From Acaryochloris thomasi RCC1774 (GTDB lineage Bacteria > Cyanobacteriota > Cyanobacteriia > Thermosynechococcales > Thermosynechococcaceae), in the NCBI RefSeq assembly GCF_003231495.1, contig NZ_PQWO01000002.1:120001-152000 (forward strand): DNA of 32,000 nucleotides. The letters are read 5' to 3'. Shown in pieces: positions 19,043 through 27,900 of this stretch. The position numbers and the translations under genes were made by a program. A model generated the notes under the pieces. The model was not told where the DNA came from. It worked only from the letters and a program-made list of their open reading frames with translations, and did no database searches. Position 1 is the stretch's first letter. Every line of letters starts with the position of its first letter.

Positions 19043-20254
19043 ATGAGATCGCAACTCCAGCTCCACCCCGTCACGTCTGGTCGATGCCATCTGTTGGTGG
19101 CCATAGGATACCTGCTCAGCCTATCGCCTGGTCTCAAGAATCCTCAGGGAGCGATCGCACAGCCCGTTCCCAAAAACTGGCGTGCTCTTGATACATCGAC
19201 AAGAGCCATCAATGAAGTCACCATCCCAACGACCCATAATTCCTACAATTATGGACCTAGATTCTTGCTACCAAACGTCAATGAATCAATACCTGAACAG
19301 CTCAAAAACGGCGTTCGAGGGATTGAGCTAGATCCGCATTCCCTAGGTAAAAAGATCCAGCTCTTTCACGGACTGCGAGGGCTGCTCGGTAAACAACCGG
19401 CCTCAGAAGTACTGGCAGAAATTTCAGAATTTGTGCAGCAACATCCCTCTGAAGTGGTTGTGATTAAAATCAACTCAAAGGTGCCTGGGCCAGAGCTAAA
19501 GGCTCTTGTTGATCGCGCGGGTCTCTCCCCCTACCTCTACGTTCACAAAAAAGGAGAGGCTATTCCCACTTCCGCAGAGCTAGCCACAACCAATCGTCGG
19601 GTTTTAATCACCAACGCTCCCGGTAATCTGTCCTCTCGGTTACCCCTCTGTACGACCCGCTGGAATTTACAATCACCCCAGGCGCTGTGGCCCCCTAGAG
19701 AGCATCGTGCCCCCTGTTCTGGCGAATTTTTCTCTGTTGTTGCCTTTGCGGTAGAGCCATTTCTGGGCATTGGTTCATCAGATTATGCCACCATCATTAA
19801 TGACTATAAATCGCTGCTGAACTTAGCAGAAACAGCCTGGAAGCTAAATGGTAAAAAGGTGTGGCGGCTTGAGGTTGATTTCCCCGACATTGGCAATGTA
19901 TATGGGGTGGCCGAGACGCTCAACCACTGGAATATTCTGAAGGGCGAAGTTCGTAGTCAAAACGAAGTCCTCCCAGAAGTTGTATGGAAGTGTCAGTACT
20001 CTATTGGTGAGGAAGAGGTAGAAACAACGACCTATGGGCGCTTTGCTTTCCCGATGAAGCCCAATGAGAAAGTAACGATCACGCCTTCACATCCTGATTA
20101 TGTGTTTAGTCCGGCTTCTTTGAGCGTTACTAATACAGCGGGGCAAGATATTGAAGAGAACTTTACCGCAACCCGTCGTCGATCAGGCAATCAGAAGAAC
20201 AAGCGATTGAAATCGCGGCTACAGGAACCAAGTCCGCCTGCGCGGACTGAGTAG
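19043..20254 (+). CDS. Secreted PLC-like phosphodiesterase (PI-PLC X-domain-like) with a C-terminal beta-sandwich-like domain
   Basis: Hydrophobic N-terminus. The THNSYNYG motif and GVRGIELDPH ... IQLFHG match the catalytic signature of PI-PLC X/GDPD-superfamily TIM barrels. The last roughly 17 codons are encoded by the REP-like module at 20203-20247. Confidence 0.55.
   Translation: MRSQLQLHPVTSGRCHLLVAIGYLLSLSPGLKNPQGAIAQPVPKNWRALDTSTRAINEVTIPTTHNSYNYGPRFLLPNVNESIPEQLKNGVRGIELDPHSLGKKIQLFHGLRGLLGKQPASEVLAEISEFVQQHPSEVVVIKINSKVPGPELKALVDRAGLSPYLYVHKKGEAIPTSAELATTNRRVLITNAPGNLSSRLPLCTTRWNLQSPQALWPPREHRAPCSGEFFSVVAFAVEPFLGIGSSDYATIINDYKSLLNLAETAWKLNGKKVWRLEVDFPDIGNVYGVAETLNHWNILKGEVRSQNEVLPEVVWKCQYSIGEEEVETTTYGRFAFPMKPNEKVTITPSHPDYVFSPASLSVTNTAGQDIEENFTATRRRSGNQKNKRLKSRLQEPSPPARTE
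20203..20247. repeat. Left REP-like double-hairpin module flanking the RAYT gene
   Basis: Hairpin A is gcgatt-ga-aatcgc (20203-20216). A 15-nt spacer follows. Hairpin B is gtccgc-ctgc-gcggac (20232-20247). Confidence 0.8.
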
Positions 20255-20273
20255 AATTGCAGACTGAACTGGA

Positions 20274-20696
20274 ATGAGACGAAATTTTACACAGCTATAC
20301 GTGCATCTTGTCTGGGCAACCTGGGATCGATTGCCGCTGATTACGCCGACAATCTGCTCGCAGATTTATAGTGTTATGACATACGAATGTCAGCAATTGA
20401 AATGCACCGTCGTTGCGGTTGGTGGAGTCGAAGATCACGTCCACTTGCTGACCAGTTTCCCTGCCAATGTCTCGATCTCCAGGCTAGTAAAACAGGTTAA
20501 AGGAAGTGTATCCCACTGCGTAACCCGCCAACATCAAGCCCCTAAATTTTTCAAGTGGCAAGGCAGCTATGCGGCATTCACGGTAAATCATCGGGATCTA
20601 AATCCAATTGCAGTCTATATCCACAACCAACGAGAGCATCATCAACATCAAACGACAATCTCTAATTGGGAAATCCCGATAAAAGAGCATCCTTAA
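20274..20696 (+). CDS. IS200/IS605-type Y1 (HUH) transposase-like protein, REP-associated tyrosine transposase (RAYT)-like
   Basis: 140 aa with an N-terminal YVHLVWATWDR, the HUH motif EDHVHLL, and a C-terminal catalytic-Tyr region IAVYIHNQREHH. It is flanked by inverted REP-like modules. Confidence 0.85.
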   Translation: MRRNFTQLYVHLVWATWDRLPLITPTICSQIYSVMTYECQQLKCTVVAVGGVEDHVHLLTSFPANVSISRLVKQVKGSVSHCVTRQHQAPKFFKWQGSYAAFTVNHRDLNPIAVYIHNQREHHQHQTTISNWEIPIKEHP

Positions 20697-20740
20697 CCCG
20701 CGCAGGCGGGTTTTGTTCATATAGCAGCGATTTCAATCGC
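20696..20740. repeat. Right REP-like double-hairpin module, the inverted copy of 20203-20247
   Basis: Hairpin B' is acccgc-gcag-gcgggt (20696-20711). A 15-nt spacer follows. Hairpin A' is gcgatt-tc-aatcgc (20727-20740). The reverse complement matches the left module at 37 of 45 positions. All four differences in hairpin B are compensatory. Confidence 0.8.
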
Positions 20741-20754
20741 CTGATTTCTTGTTC

Positions 20755-21636
20755 TTAGTAATCAGGCTCTCGCTCATACTCAGGAATCTTCTGCCGCTCA
20801 GGAATCTTCAGCTCCTGAGGCTCATAGTCATCATCCTTGTCTGCCCAGGGATCATCCTCAGGTTCATAGGGGGCTCTAGCCGCAGGCGCCTCATCATCCC
20901 AGTTCTCTTCCTCTTCATAGACGGGCTGCTGCGCCTGCTGAGGAGCCTCATCCCATTCTTCTTCTTCCCAGGCTTGCTCAGCTTTTTCACTGCGGCGGTT
21001 AGGGGCATAGGCTGTTGCACTCGTACCCGCACCTAGTTGATTGCTGGTCGAAGCTGTCCGAGGAATGTAGTCTTCTTCTTCGTCCTGTTCCCAGGGCGGA
21101 ATGCCCAGGCCCAGGCGCTCCATGACGCCTACGGTGAGCTGATTAAGGCGTTCTTCTGCCCCTTCAAACACGACAAGACGATCGGGGCCGCTGCTGGCGA
21201 TTTCCTCTACCGGTAGCTCATAGGTGCTAAGCAGCTGGGACGGAATTAACGGCACACCAATTGAAGCGATGACTAATCCCGAAATTTCTCCAGAAACGGT
21301 GTCAAATCGGTAGCCTCTCACTTTGCCCAGCAATTCTCCGGTTTCGGTGATCACTTCGTTATTGATCAGGGTGCTGTAGTTATAGGTGTTGATTTCTTCA
21401 ATGGCTGTCTCGTCATCGACCAAAATCACATCGCCAATCTGACGGATGCTGTCGATATCCATGTAGCGCTGCTCGCCTGTGACGAGGGTATTGCGAAGGC
21501 CGAGAACGACGACTTCTCGCTGATCGACATCTGCCCAGAGCTGATTGATGACGCCTAGTTTCTTACCCGTGCTGCGGGTAATCACTTGGGTGCCGATAAA
21601 ATCAGACCGCTGTTGAACCTGATCAGTAATAGCCAT
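20755..21636 (-). CDS. PRC-barrel domain protein with an acidic low-complexity C-terminal tail
   Basis: Two PRC-barrel-like segments (IGTQVITRSTGKKLGVINQLWADVDQREVVVLGL and NNEVITETGELLGKVRGYRFDTVSGEISGLVI). The tail is rich in E, D and W (EEEEWDE, EEEENWDDE, KIPERQKIPEYE). Confidence 0.75.
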   Translation of the reverse strand: MAITDQVQQRSDFIGTQVITRSTGKKLGVINQLWADVDQREVVVLGLRNTLVTGEQRYMDIDSIRQIGDVILVDDETAIEEINTYNYSTLINNEVITETGELLGKVRGYRFDTVSGEISGLVIASIGVPLIPSQLLSTYELPVEEIASSGPDRLVVFEGAEERLNQLTVGVMERLGLGIPPWEQDEEEDYIPRTASTSNQLGAGTSATAYAPNRRSEKAEQAWEEEEWDEAPQQAQQPVYEEEENWDDEAPAARAPYEPEDDPWADKDDDYEPQELKIPERQKIPEYEREPDY

Positions 21637-21864
21637 GTATAAATCCTGAGTCTTGTTCCTGAGGTCTTAAAGCAACGCTTTAAGGTTTGTCAAGGCTTAA
21701 GTTTTCTGAAGTTTACATTATAGCTGACATCCCTTTCCACTTTGGCTACGGCTGAACAGTCCAGACGGCTTGCCCTGATGCCGTCGTAGCTGCTGATATG
21801 GGAGGCTTCAGAATATGGCCTGATTGCTCTACGCTAAAGTTTGAGCCACTTAGGGAGTTTTGTC

Positions 21865-22791
21865 GTGCAGCTATCTCAGTCTGGTTTACAGGAGCGAGGA
21901 CATCTCTTAACGGAGCAGGCAAATCCCAATAGCCAAGATTTAGACCAAATGACGGCTTTGGGGATTGTTGATGTTTTTAATCAGGAAGACGCCCAGGCTG
22001 TGGCTGCGATCGCAACTACCCGAGAATCCCTCGCCGCCACCATCGAAGCGACTGCAGAAGCTTTGCGTCAAGGCGGGCGACTTTTCTATGTGGGCGCGGG
22101 TACTAGCGGTCGTTTGGGCGTCCTAGACGCTGCCGAATGTCCGCCCACCTTCTGCACCGAACCCGAAAGGGTACAGGGAATCCTGGCTGGCGGCGCGGCT
22201 GCTCTATTAAAAAGTTCTGAAGCCCTTGAAGACTTGGCCGAAGGCGGTGCCGAGGCGATCGCGCAGGCTCAGGTGACGGATGTGGACGTGGTTGTGGGCA
22301 TCACGGCGGGTGGCACGACTCCCTACGTACACGGGGCTTTGAAAGAAGCTCGCAGTCGCGGCGCAACCACCGTGTTTATGGCCTGTGTACCGGCAGATCA
22401 GGTGAGTGCTGAAGTCGATATCGACATTCGTTTGCCCGTGGGCCCCGAAGTACTAGCCGGGTCTACGCGCTTAAAGGCAGGGACGGCGACGAAGCTGGCG
22501 CTGAACATTATCTCCACGGGGGCAATGGTGCGCTTGGGTAAGGTGTATGGCAATCGCATGGTGGATGTTTCGGTCACGAATACGAAGCTTTTAGATCGCG
22601 CCCTGCGGATTATTTGTGATCTGACGGATTTGAGCCGAGATCAGGCAATGGAGGTTTTGGAGAGATGCGATCGCAACGTCAAACTTTCTCTCCTCGTCCA
22701 CTGGACCGGACTTTCCCCCGAAGCCGGTACGGAACTATTAGCGCAACACCAAGGGCAACTTCGACAAGCCATCTCAAGTCACGCTGGTTAG
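21865..22791 (+). CDS. murQ: N-acetylmuramic acid 6-phosphate etherase
   Basis: SIS-domain etherase signatures: LLTEQANPNSQDLD, GGRLFYVGAGTSGRLGVLDAAECPPTF and GSTRLKAGTATKLALN. The GTG at 21865, preceded by GGGAG, is preferred over the TTG at 21841. Confidence 0.9.
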   Translation: MQLSQSGLQERGHLLTEQANPNSQDLDQMTALGIVDVFNQEDAQAVAAIATTRESLAATIEATAEALRQGGRLFYVGAGTSGRLGVLDAAECPPTFCTEPERVQGILAGGAAALLKSSEALEDLAEGGAEAIAQAQVTDVDVVVGITAGGTTPYVHGALKEARSRGATTVFMACVPADQVSAEVDIDIRLPVGPEVLAGSTRLKAGTATKLALNIISTGAMVRLGKVYGNRMVDVSVTNTKLLDRALRIICDLTDLSRDQAMEVLERCDRNVKLSLLVHWTGLSPEAGTELLAQHQGQLRQAISSHAG

Positions 22792-22830
22792 GATAAGCTC
22801 TGCCCCCGAATATCCGCTGCCATCTAAATT

Positions 22831-24108
22831 ATGCTGAAGCTGATTTCTGTGTCGCACCGCCGCATCTCTTTCCCTCTGGTCAGTACCCTTGCGTTTGTCC
22901 TGAGCGCCAGTACGGCCTGCTCTGCACAAGTACCGGACGTCACCGAGCGTCTCGAAACCCTTGGTAATCCGATGGCGAACGACGGCAAGACAGGACGGGC
23001 CCTGAATGTCTGGGATCTGCAGCGCTTTGGCGGCAAGCTTTATTTAGCCGGCGGCAGCACCGTCAGCAACGCAGGCCCCATTAACGTATGGGCCTATAGT
23101 CCTGCCCAACAGACCTTCGTTAAAGAATTTACCGTTCGAGAAGAAGCCATTGAACAGTTCAAGGTCTTTGGCAAATCCCTCTACATTCCTGCGGCTGACC
23201 CCAAATCAGGAGACAAAAACAAGTTTTACCGTCGCACTCTAAAACAGCCTTGGCAGCTCTATAAGTTCAAGACTCCTGCCCTTGCCCACGTTCGTGATTT
23301 GTTCAAAACAAAATCAGGCGATATTTTGCTTGTGGGCAATAATCGCCGTGTGTTTAAAAACCCGTCTCGGCCCGCCGCTGCGATTACCCGAGATCAGGGA
23401 GCTTCCTTTCAGGGGGCGGGGCTAGAGCAGGCCACTCAGTTTGCTGCCAATTGGTTCTTCTCGGTTTTCCCCTATCGCGGCAAAATTTATGCGCCTTCTT
23501 CTTTACTCAGGGATGCCTACAATCAGACGGGTGTCATTGGTGTGTATAACCCCAAACGCAGAAAAATTGAGCTAAGTCAGACGCTTCGCAACGATGAATT
23601 TATTCCCCGTACCCTTTTAGGGCCGCAGGTAGGCGCCCAGGGATCTGAAATCATTTACCGACTCTGGAAGCCTACCGCTTACAAAGGCTATTTAGCCTAC
23701 CCGGTGCGCTCCTATTCCTATACTCAGGCCACCTACCAATCGGCCTACATGAATTCGATTGGCTTTTACGTCAAAGAAAATATTGGTATCACCCCCACCG
23801 CTGTCGTGTTTCCTGATGGTCAATCTGTGGGCGAGGATGTCCTGATCCAGGATGACTATCTTTATGCGTTGGCCAATACTAAAGTCTCAGCCGAAGAATT
23901 TTGGGTTTATGTTTATAGAACCAAAAATCTGGCTGATGCTCGCAGTTGGCAACCTGTTTTTCGATTTAAGAGCCGCAACAAAGCGCGCTCATTTGAGTAT
24001 TTAGAGAACGCCTTTTATTTTGGTCTCGGCCAAGATCACAATGATTTGGTCGCAGATTCGGGCGCAATCTTGAGGGTCTCGCTGCCTACTGCAGCCAAGG
24101 ACGACTAA
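22831..24108 (+). CDS. Secreted protein of unknown function (possible beta-propeller)
   Basis: Signal peptide (FPLVSTLAFVLSASTACSA). Recurrent blade-like segments (GKLYLAGG, KSLYIPAADP, GKIYAPSS, DDYLYALAN, NAFYFGLG). It lies 39 nt downstream of murQ on the same strand. Confidence 0.6.
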   Translation: MLKLISVSHRRISFPLVSTLAFVLSASTACSAQVPDVTERLETLGNPMANDGKTGRALNVWDLQRFGGKLYLAGGSTVSNAGPINVWAYSPAQQTFVKEFTVREEAIEQFKVFGKSLYIPAADPKSGDKNKFYRRTLKQPWQLYKFKTPALAHVRDLFKTKSGDILLVGNNRRVFKNPSRPAAAITRDQGASFQGAGLEQATQFAANWFFSVFPYRGKIYAPSSLLRDAYNQTGVIGVYNPKRRKIELSQTLRNDEFIPRTLLGPQVGAQGSEIIYRLWKPTAYKGYLAYPVRSYSYTQATYQSAYMNSIGFYVKENIGITPTAVVFPDGQSVGEDVLIQDDYLYALANTKVSAEEFWVYVYRTKNLADARSWQPVFRFKSRNKARSFEYLENAFYFGLGQDHNDLVADSGAILRVSLPTAAKDD

Positions 24109-25024
24109 CTCGCTCTAGTTCTGAATGTTCCTGTTCCGTCAGCGACCAGCCCATTGCACCGGCATTATCACGGGCCTGCTTCGCTGTCTTCGCCCCCGGA
24201 ATTGCAATCACACCCTCTTGGTGAATCAGCCAGTTGAGCGCAACCTGTGCCATGGTGCGTTCATGGCGATCTGCATATTGCTGCAGTAACTGCGTGACCG
24301 GCGCTAGTTTTGTCAGCCCCTGAGTACTAAAGCGACTATCAAGCTGACGAGCACCGTCTGGTTTCGCACCTGCAGCATATTTCCCGGTTAGCAATCCCTG
24401 CGCGAGGGGGCTATAGGCCAAAATAGTAACCCCTAGCCGGCGAGCAGCTTCTAAAATACCGTTCTGTTCAATTTGACGATTGACGAGGGCGTAGCGAACC
24501 TGATTCACCGCCAGCGGTACGCCGTGGCGCGCCAAAATCCGATGAGCTTCCGTCATTTGGGTCGCGCTGTAGTTGCTGACCCCTACCGTCTCAATCCATC
24601 CATCGCTCACCGCTTGGGCCAAGGCAGAAAAGAGAGACTCTGAACTCATCAAAAAATTGAAAGGCCAATGGACTTGGTAGAGCGTGATACGACTTGCCTG
24701 TAAGCGTTTCAAACTGTCTTGAAGTGCATCTGTGACCGATTGCCCGGTGAGCCGCCAGGGCAGCGGTCCATACTTGGTGGCGATTTGCACCGAATGGGTT
24801 TGACTGAAGCGTCCCAACAGCCGCTCTGACTCTCCGAGGCCATAGACCTCAGCGGTATCAAATAAAGTGATGCCTGCCTCAACTGCAGCTAGAAAGGCCG
24901 CCTCGACATCTGCCGCATCATATTGGTTACCGTATCCCCAAAAGATGCGATCCCCCCAGGACCATGTGCCAATACCAATTGCGGTGACCTCTGGTCCACT
25001 TTTGCCCAGCGTTTTTTGCATCAC
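24086..25024 (-). CDS. Aldo/keto reductase
   Basis: AKR signatures: IGIGTWSWG, FDTAEVYG (Asp/Tyr), IATKYG (Lys) and LYQVHWP (His). Its 3' end overlaps the convergent upstream gene by 23 nt. Confidence 0.9.
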   Translation of the reverse strand: MMQKTLGKSGPEVTAIGIGTWSWGDRIFWGYGNQYDAADVEAAFLAAVEAGITLFDTAEVYGLGESERLLGRFSQTHSVQIATKYGPLPWRLTGQSVTDALQDSLKRLQASRITLYQVHWPFNFLMSSESLFSALAQAVSDGWIETVGVSNYSATQMTEAHRILARHGVPLAVNQVRYALVNRQIEQNGILEAARRLGVTILAYSPLAQGLLTGKYAAGAKPDGARQLDSRFSTQGLTKLAPVTQLLQQYADRHERTMAQVALNWLIHQEGVIAIPGAKTAKQARDNAGAMGWSLTEQEHSELERVSRPWLQ

Positions 25025-25499
25025 TGTTGAGCCTTTTGAACGATTATTGTTGTTAAGTGTATCGATTCTTTAACGCTGCATGTATCTCATGGTGAGGGAG
25101 ATGCGTGCCAATCGACCCAAACAGAAATTCATAATCTCTATAGGCGGACAGAGATCTTCAATCGCTTCGTCAACGACTGCAGAGCTTTAGGCCTTTATCT
25201 GGGGTGCCCTCTCAGAAACGGTTGTAGGCAATTGACAATTCCGAGGACATGCGGGTGAAGTTTTCCCCAGCCCATGCGTCTGTGAATGCTGAGATGCTGA
25301 ATCACAGTTTGACCGCTTCCTGTATCTTGAATAGGCGCTCCAGCCGAAAGCCTCTTTAAGAAGTTGTGCTAGGGAACGTAGCGGTTTAGGGTAAAACCTA
25401 TAGACTCGCCATAAAAAGTATTGACTTGCGATTTATGCCCAAAAAGTGGGTATATCTTCATTCTTTACCGTATGTATGTGATTGGAAGCATAGAGATCA

Positions 25500-27098
25500 A
25501 TGGAAGACTTCATTCAAAATATATCTGGTGAGCTAGGCAAATCGGTGCCCAGCCTCATCAATGCGATTCTGATTCTAGTCGTTGGCTGGATCGTCGCGGT
25601 TGTTGCAGCGTGGATTGTCAAAGGACTGCTTTCTAAGACTGACCTCGATAATCGCCTCGCCAGTTGGGTTACGGGTAGCTCTGATTCGAAAGTGGTTGAG
25701 GGCGTTGAGAGATGGATCTCAACCGGTGTCTTCTGGATTGTGATGACCTTTGTGGTCATTGCTTTTCTGAATGCGCTGCAGCTCGAAGCTGTGTCAACTC
25801 CGCTGCAAAGCTTTCTCGATCAGATTCTCACGGCATTGCCCAAGCTGGCTTATGCCCTAGTGCTGCTTGGGGTCGCTTGGCTGCTGGCAACGCTGTCTCG
25901 GCTCCTGCTCGTTCGAGGGCTGAAGTCTTTCTCTCTCGATGATCGGCTTAACGCTTCAGTGACTGACGAAGAAGCAGGTAGTGCCCCTCCCCCAATTCTC
26001 GTTAGCGAGACAATGGGAGATATTCTCTACTGGCTGATTTTCCTTTTATTCCTGCCTGCGATTTTGGGCGTTTTGGGTCTGGAAGGGACCTTAGTGCCCG
26101 TCCAATCGATGGTGGATCAGTTCCTGGCCTTCTTGCCTAATATTGTGGGTGCTTTGGTCATTGGTCTTGTGGGCTGGTTCCTAGCCCGCATTGTGCGCAT
26201 GATTGTGACCAAGTTCTTGGCGGCGGCTGGTGCAGATCGCTTGGGTGAACAGTTTGGTCTGAGTCAGGCAACCGGCGGTCAGCGTCTATCAGCGCTCGCT
26301 GGCACGGTTGTCTATGTCTTGATTCTGATTCCTGCCATTATCTCGGCGCTACAGCGCTTGAATGTGCGTGCGATCTCTGAGCCTGCGGTTCAGATGCTAG
26401 GGCAGGTTTTGAATGCGCTACCAAAGATTTTCACGGCGGCGGTCATTTTGGGCATTGCCTATGTTGTAGGTAAAATCGTTGCCGATCTCGTGACCAGTCT
26501 GCTGACTGGGGTCGGCTTCAATAATGTATTCACGTGGTTGGGGCTACAGGCAAGCCAAGACTCACCGGGAACGGCTTCTAGCAGCAGTACTGTTGGATCG
26601 ACGTCACCTGCTTCTGAGCTGTCTGCAAGCTCTGATTCATCAACGCTGCCACAGAAAACTCCTTCTGAGATTGCGGGCATCGTGGTCCTCGTCGGGTTTA
26701 TCTTAGTTGCTTTGATTCCAGCAACGGATGTTCTGCAGTTTGCGCCATTAACCTCTGTGGTTACGAGCCTGTTGGCGATTCTAGCCCAAGTGCTTGTTGG
26801 GGTCTTTGTGTTTGCGATCGGCCTTTATCTAGCTAATTTGGCCTTCAATCTGATCTCTAGTTCTGGTGGTGGTCAGGCAAGGCTAGTGGCTCAGGCTGCT
26901 CGAGTGGCCATCATTGCTTTGGTCTCCGCTATGGCGCTGCAGCAAATGGGCATTGCGACGAATATTGTTAATCTTGCTTTCGGATTAATGTTTGGGTCTG
27001 TGGCGGTTGCCCTTGCGGTTGCCTTTGGATTTGGCAGCATGGATGTGGCTGGCGAGCAGGTCCGGCATTGGCTGAACGATTTCAAATCTCGTGATTGA
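25500..27098 (+). CDS. Membrane protein with five 'conserved TM helix' repeats (MscS-N-terminal-like)
   Basis: Five copies of an LP-x-h(5-6)-G-W/Y-h-h-A/G-K/R-like helix unit are visible. They are VPSLINAILILVVGWIVAVV, LPKLAYALVLLGVAWLLATL, LPNIVGALVIGLVGWFLARI, LPKIFTAAVILGIAYVVGKI and LAQVLVGVFVFAIGLYLANL. A Ser-rich linker is present. No MscS beta-domain is seen. Confidence 0.65.
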   Translation: MEDFIQNISGELGKSVPSLINAILILVVGWIVAVVAAWIVKGLLSKTDLDNRLASWVTGSSDSKVVEGVERWISTGVFWIVMTFVVIAFLNALQLEAVSTPLQSFLDQILTALPKLAYALVLLGVAWLLATLSRLLLVRGLKSFSLDDRLNASVTDEEAGSAPPPILVSETMGDILYWLIFLLFLPAILGVLGLEGTLVPVQSMVDQFLAFLPNIVGALVIGLVGWFLARIVRMIVTKFLAAAGADRLGEQFGLSQATGGQRLSALAGTVVYVLILIPAIISALQRLNVRAISEPAVQMLGQVLNALPKIFTAAVILGIAYVVGKIVADLVTSLLTGVGFNNVFTWLGLQASQDSPGTASSSSTVGSTSPASELSASSDSSTLPQKTPSEIAGIVVLVGFILVALIPATDVLQFAPLTSVVTSLLAILAQVLVGVFVFAIGLYLANLAFNLISSSGGGQARLVAQAARVAIIALVSAMALQQMGIATNIVNLAFGLMFGSVAVALAVAFGFGSMDVAGEQVRHWLNDFKSRD

Positions 27099-27140
27099 AC
27101 CTGAGTTCGCTCTGATTCGTTCGATCTAAAGCCAAAATTA

Positions 27141-27179
27141 AAACGCCACGGTCTCTCTTGGGACCGTGGCGTTTTTTTG
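27141..27179. terminator. Bidirectional rho-independent terminator between convergent genes
   Basis: An 11-bp stem, acgccacggtc / gaccgtggcgt. It is flanked by AAA on the 5' side and TTTTTTT on the 3' side, so it reads as hairpin plus U-tract on both strands. It lies between the TM-helix-repeat gene and mscL. Confidence 0.85.
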
Positions 27180-27248
27180 AATCATCAAGCTTGTTCCCAT
27201 CTACTGATCCCCCAGCGTTGAAAACTTGAGTTTGCTATCGCAATTCTT

Positions 27249-27686
27249 CTAAATGGAACGCCCCTGAGTGCGAATCGTTTGATCGAGCTGATGGAGGGCA
27301 GCAGTCAGCTCCACTGTTGGATCTGGCGCTGCAGTTTCTGCTTCTTCAAGGGTTTGTTGCCGCTGCAGTTTCCGTCGTGCTTTTTCAATTGAGCGGATCA
27401 TCAGAAAAATTACAAATGCAATCACAATGAAGTTAAGGACTGCGGCTAAAAATAAGCCGTACTTAATACCATTGATAGAAAGCTGAGAGAGTTGATCGAC
27501 GCCAGCCGCTTTCATTGCTGGATTGAGAATTGCGGGCGTAATGATGTCTTCAACCAATGAGGTGACAATTTTACCGAATGCACCGCCGATGATGACGGCA
27601 ACTGCCAGATCAACAACATTTCCCTTAGATAGAAACTCACCAAATTCTTTCAGAAAGCCACCACTTCCGCCGTTACTATTTGCCAT
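27249..27686 (-). CDS. mscL: Large-conductance mechanosensitive channel
   Basis: FLKEFGEFLSKGNVVDLAVAVIIGGAFGKIVTSLVEDIITP is the conserved MscL TM1 region, and a second TM follows. The ATG at 27686, preceded by GAGG, is preferred over the GTG at 27698. Confidence 0.9.
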   Translation of the reverse strand: MANSNGGSGGFLKEFGEFLSKGNVVDLAVAVIIGGAFGKIVTSLVEDIITPAILNPAMKAAGVDQLSQLSINGIKYGLFLAAVLNFIVIAFVIFLMIRSIEKARRKLQRQQTLEEAETAAPDPTVELTAALHQLDQTIRTQGRSI

Positions 27687-27862
27687 TACCTCAAACACCT
27701 TTTCCTTTTTTGGGAGAATTAAAGCTTCAGAATTCTACCATTTCTAGGTCTGTTCGAGGTGTAGGTTTTGTCCTTCTGATTTATGCTGCAGAGAATCAAG
27801 CTGGGAAGGTCTATGGCTATTTTAATTGTTTTGCTTGGAATTGAGGCTTTCGATCTGTCTTG

Positions 27863-27888
27863 AAAGGAGATGAGATCGCATCTCCTTT
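27863..27888 (-). terminator. Hairpin terminator candidate downstream of asnS
   Basis: A 10-bp perfect stem aaaggagatg / catctccttt with a 6-nt loop, about 13 nt past the asnS stop. T-rich flanks are partly included in the stem. Confidence 0.55.
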
Positions 27889-27900
27889 TAAACAAAAACT

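Noticed and set aside
20749-21036. 95-aa plus-strand ORF and 74-aa minus-strand alternate-frame ORF inside the PRC-barrel gene tail
   Set aside because: They are shadow ORFs generated by the low-complexity GAA/GAG-rich acidic tail of the real 293-aa gene.
25141-25175. Possible degenerate third copy of the REP-like module (aggcgga...gatcttcaatcgc)
   Set aside because: The similarity is limited to short stretches (tcaatcgc, ggcgg), neither hairpin is intact, and the level is compatible with chance.
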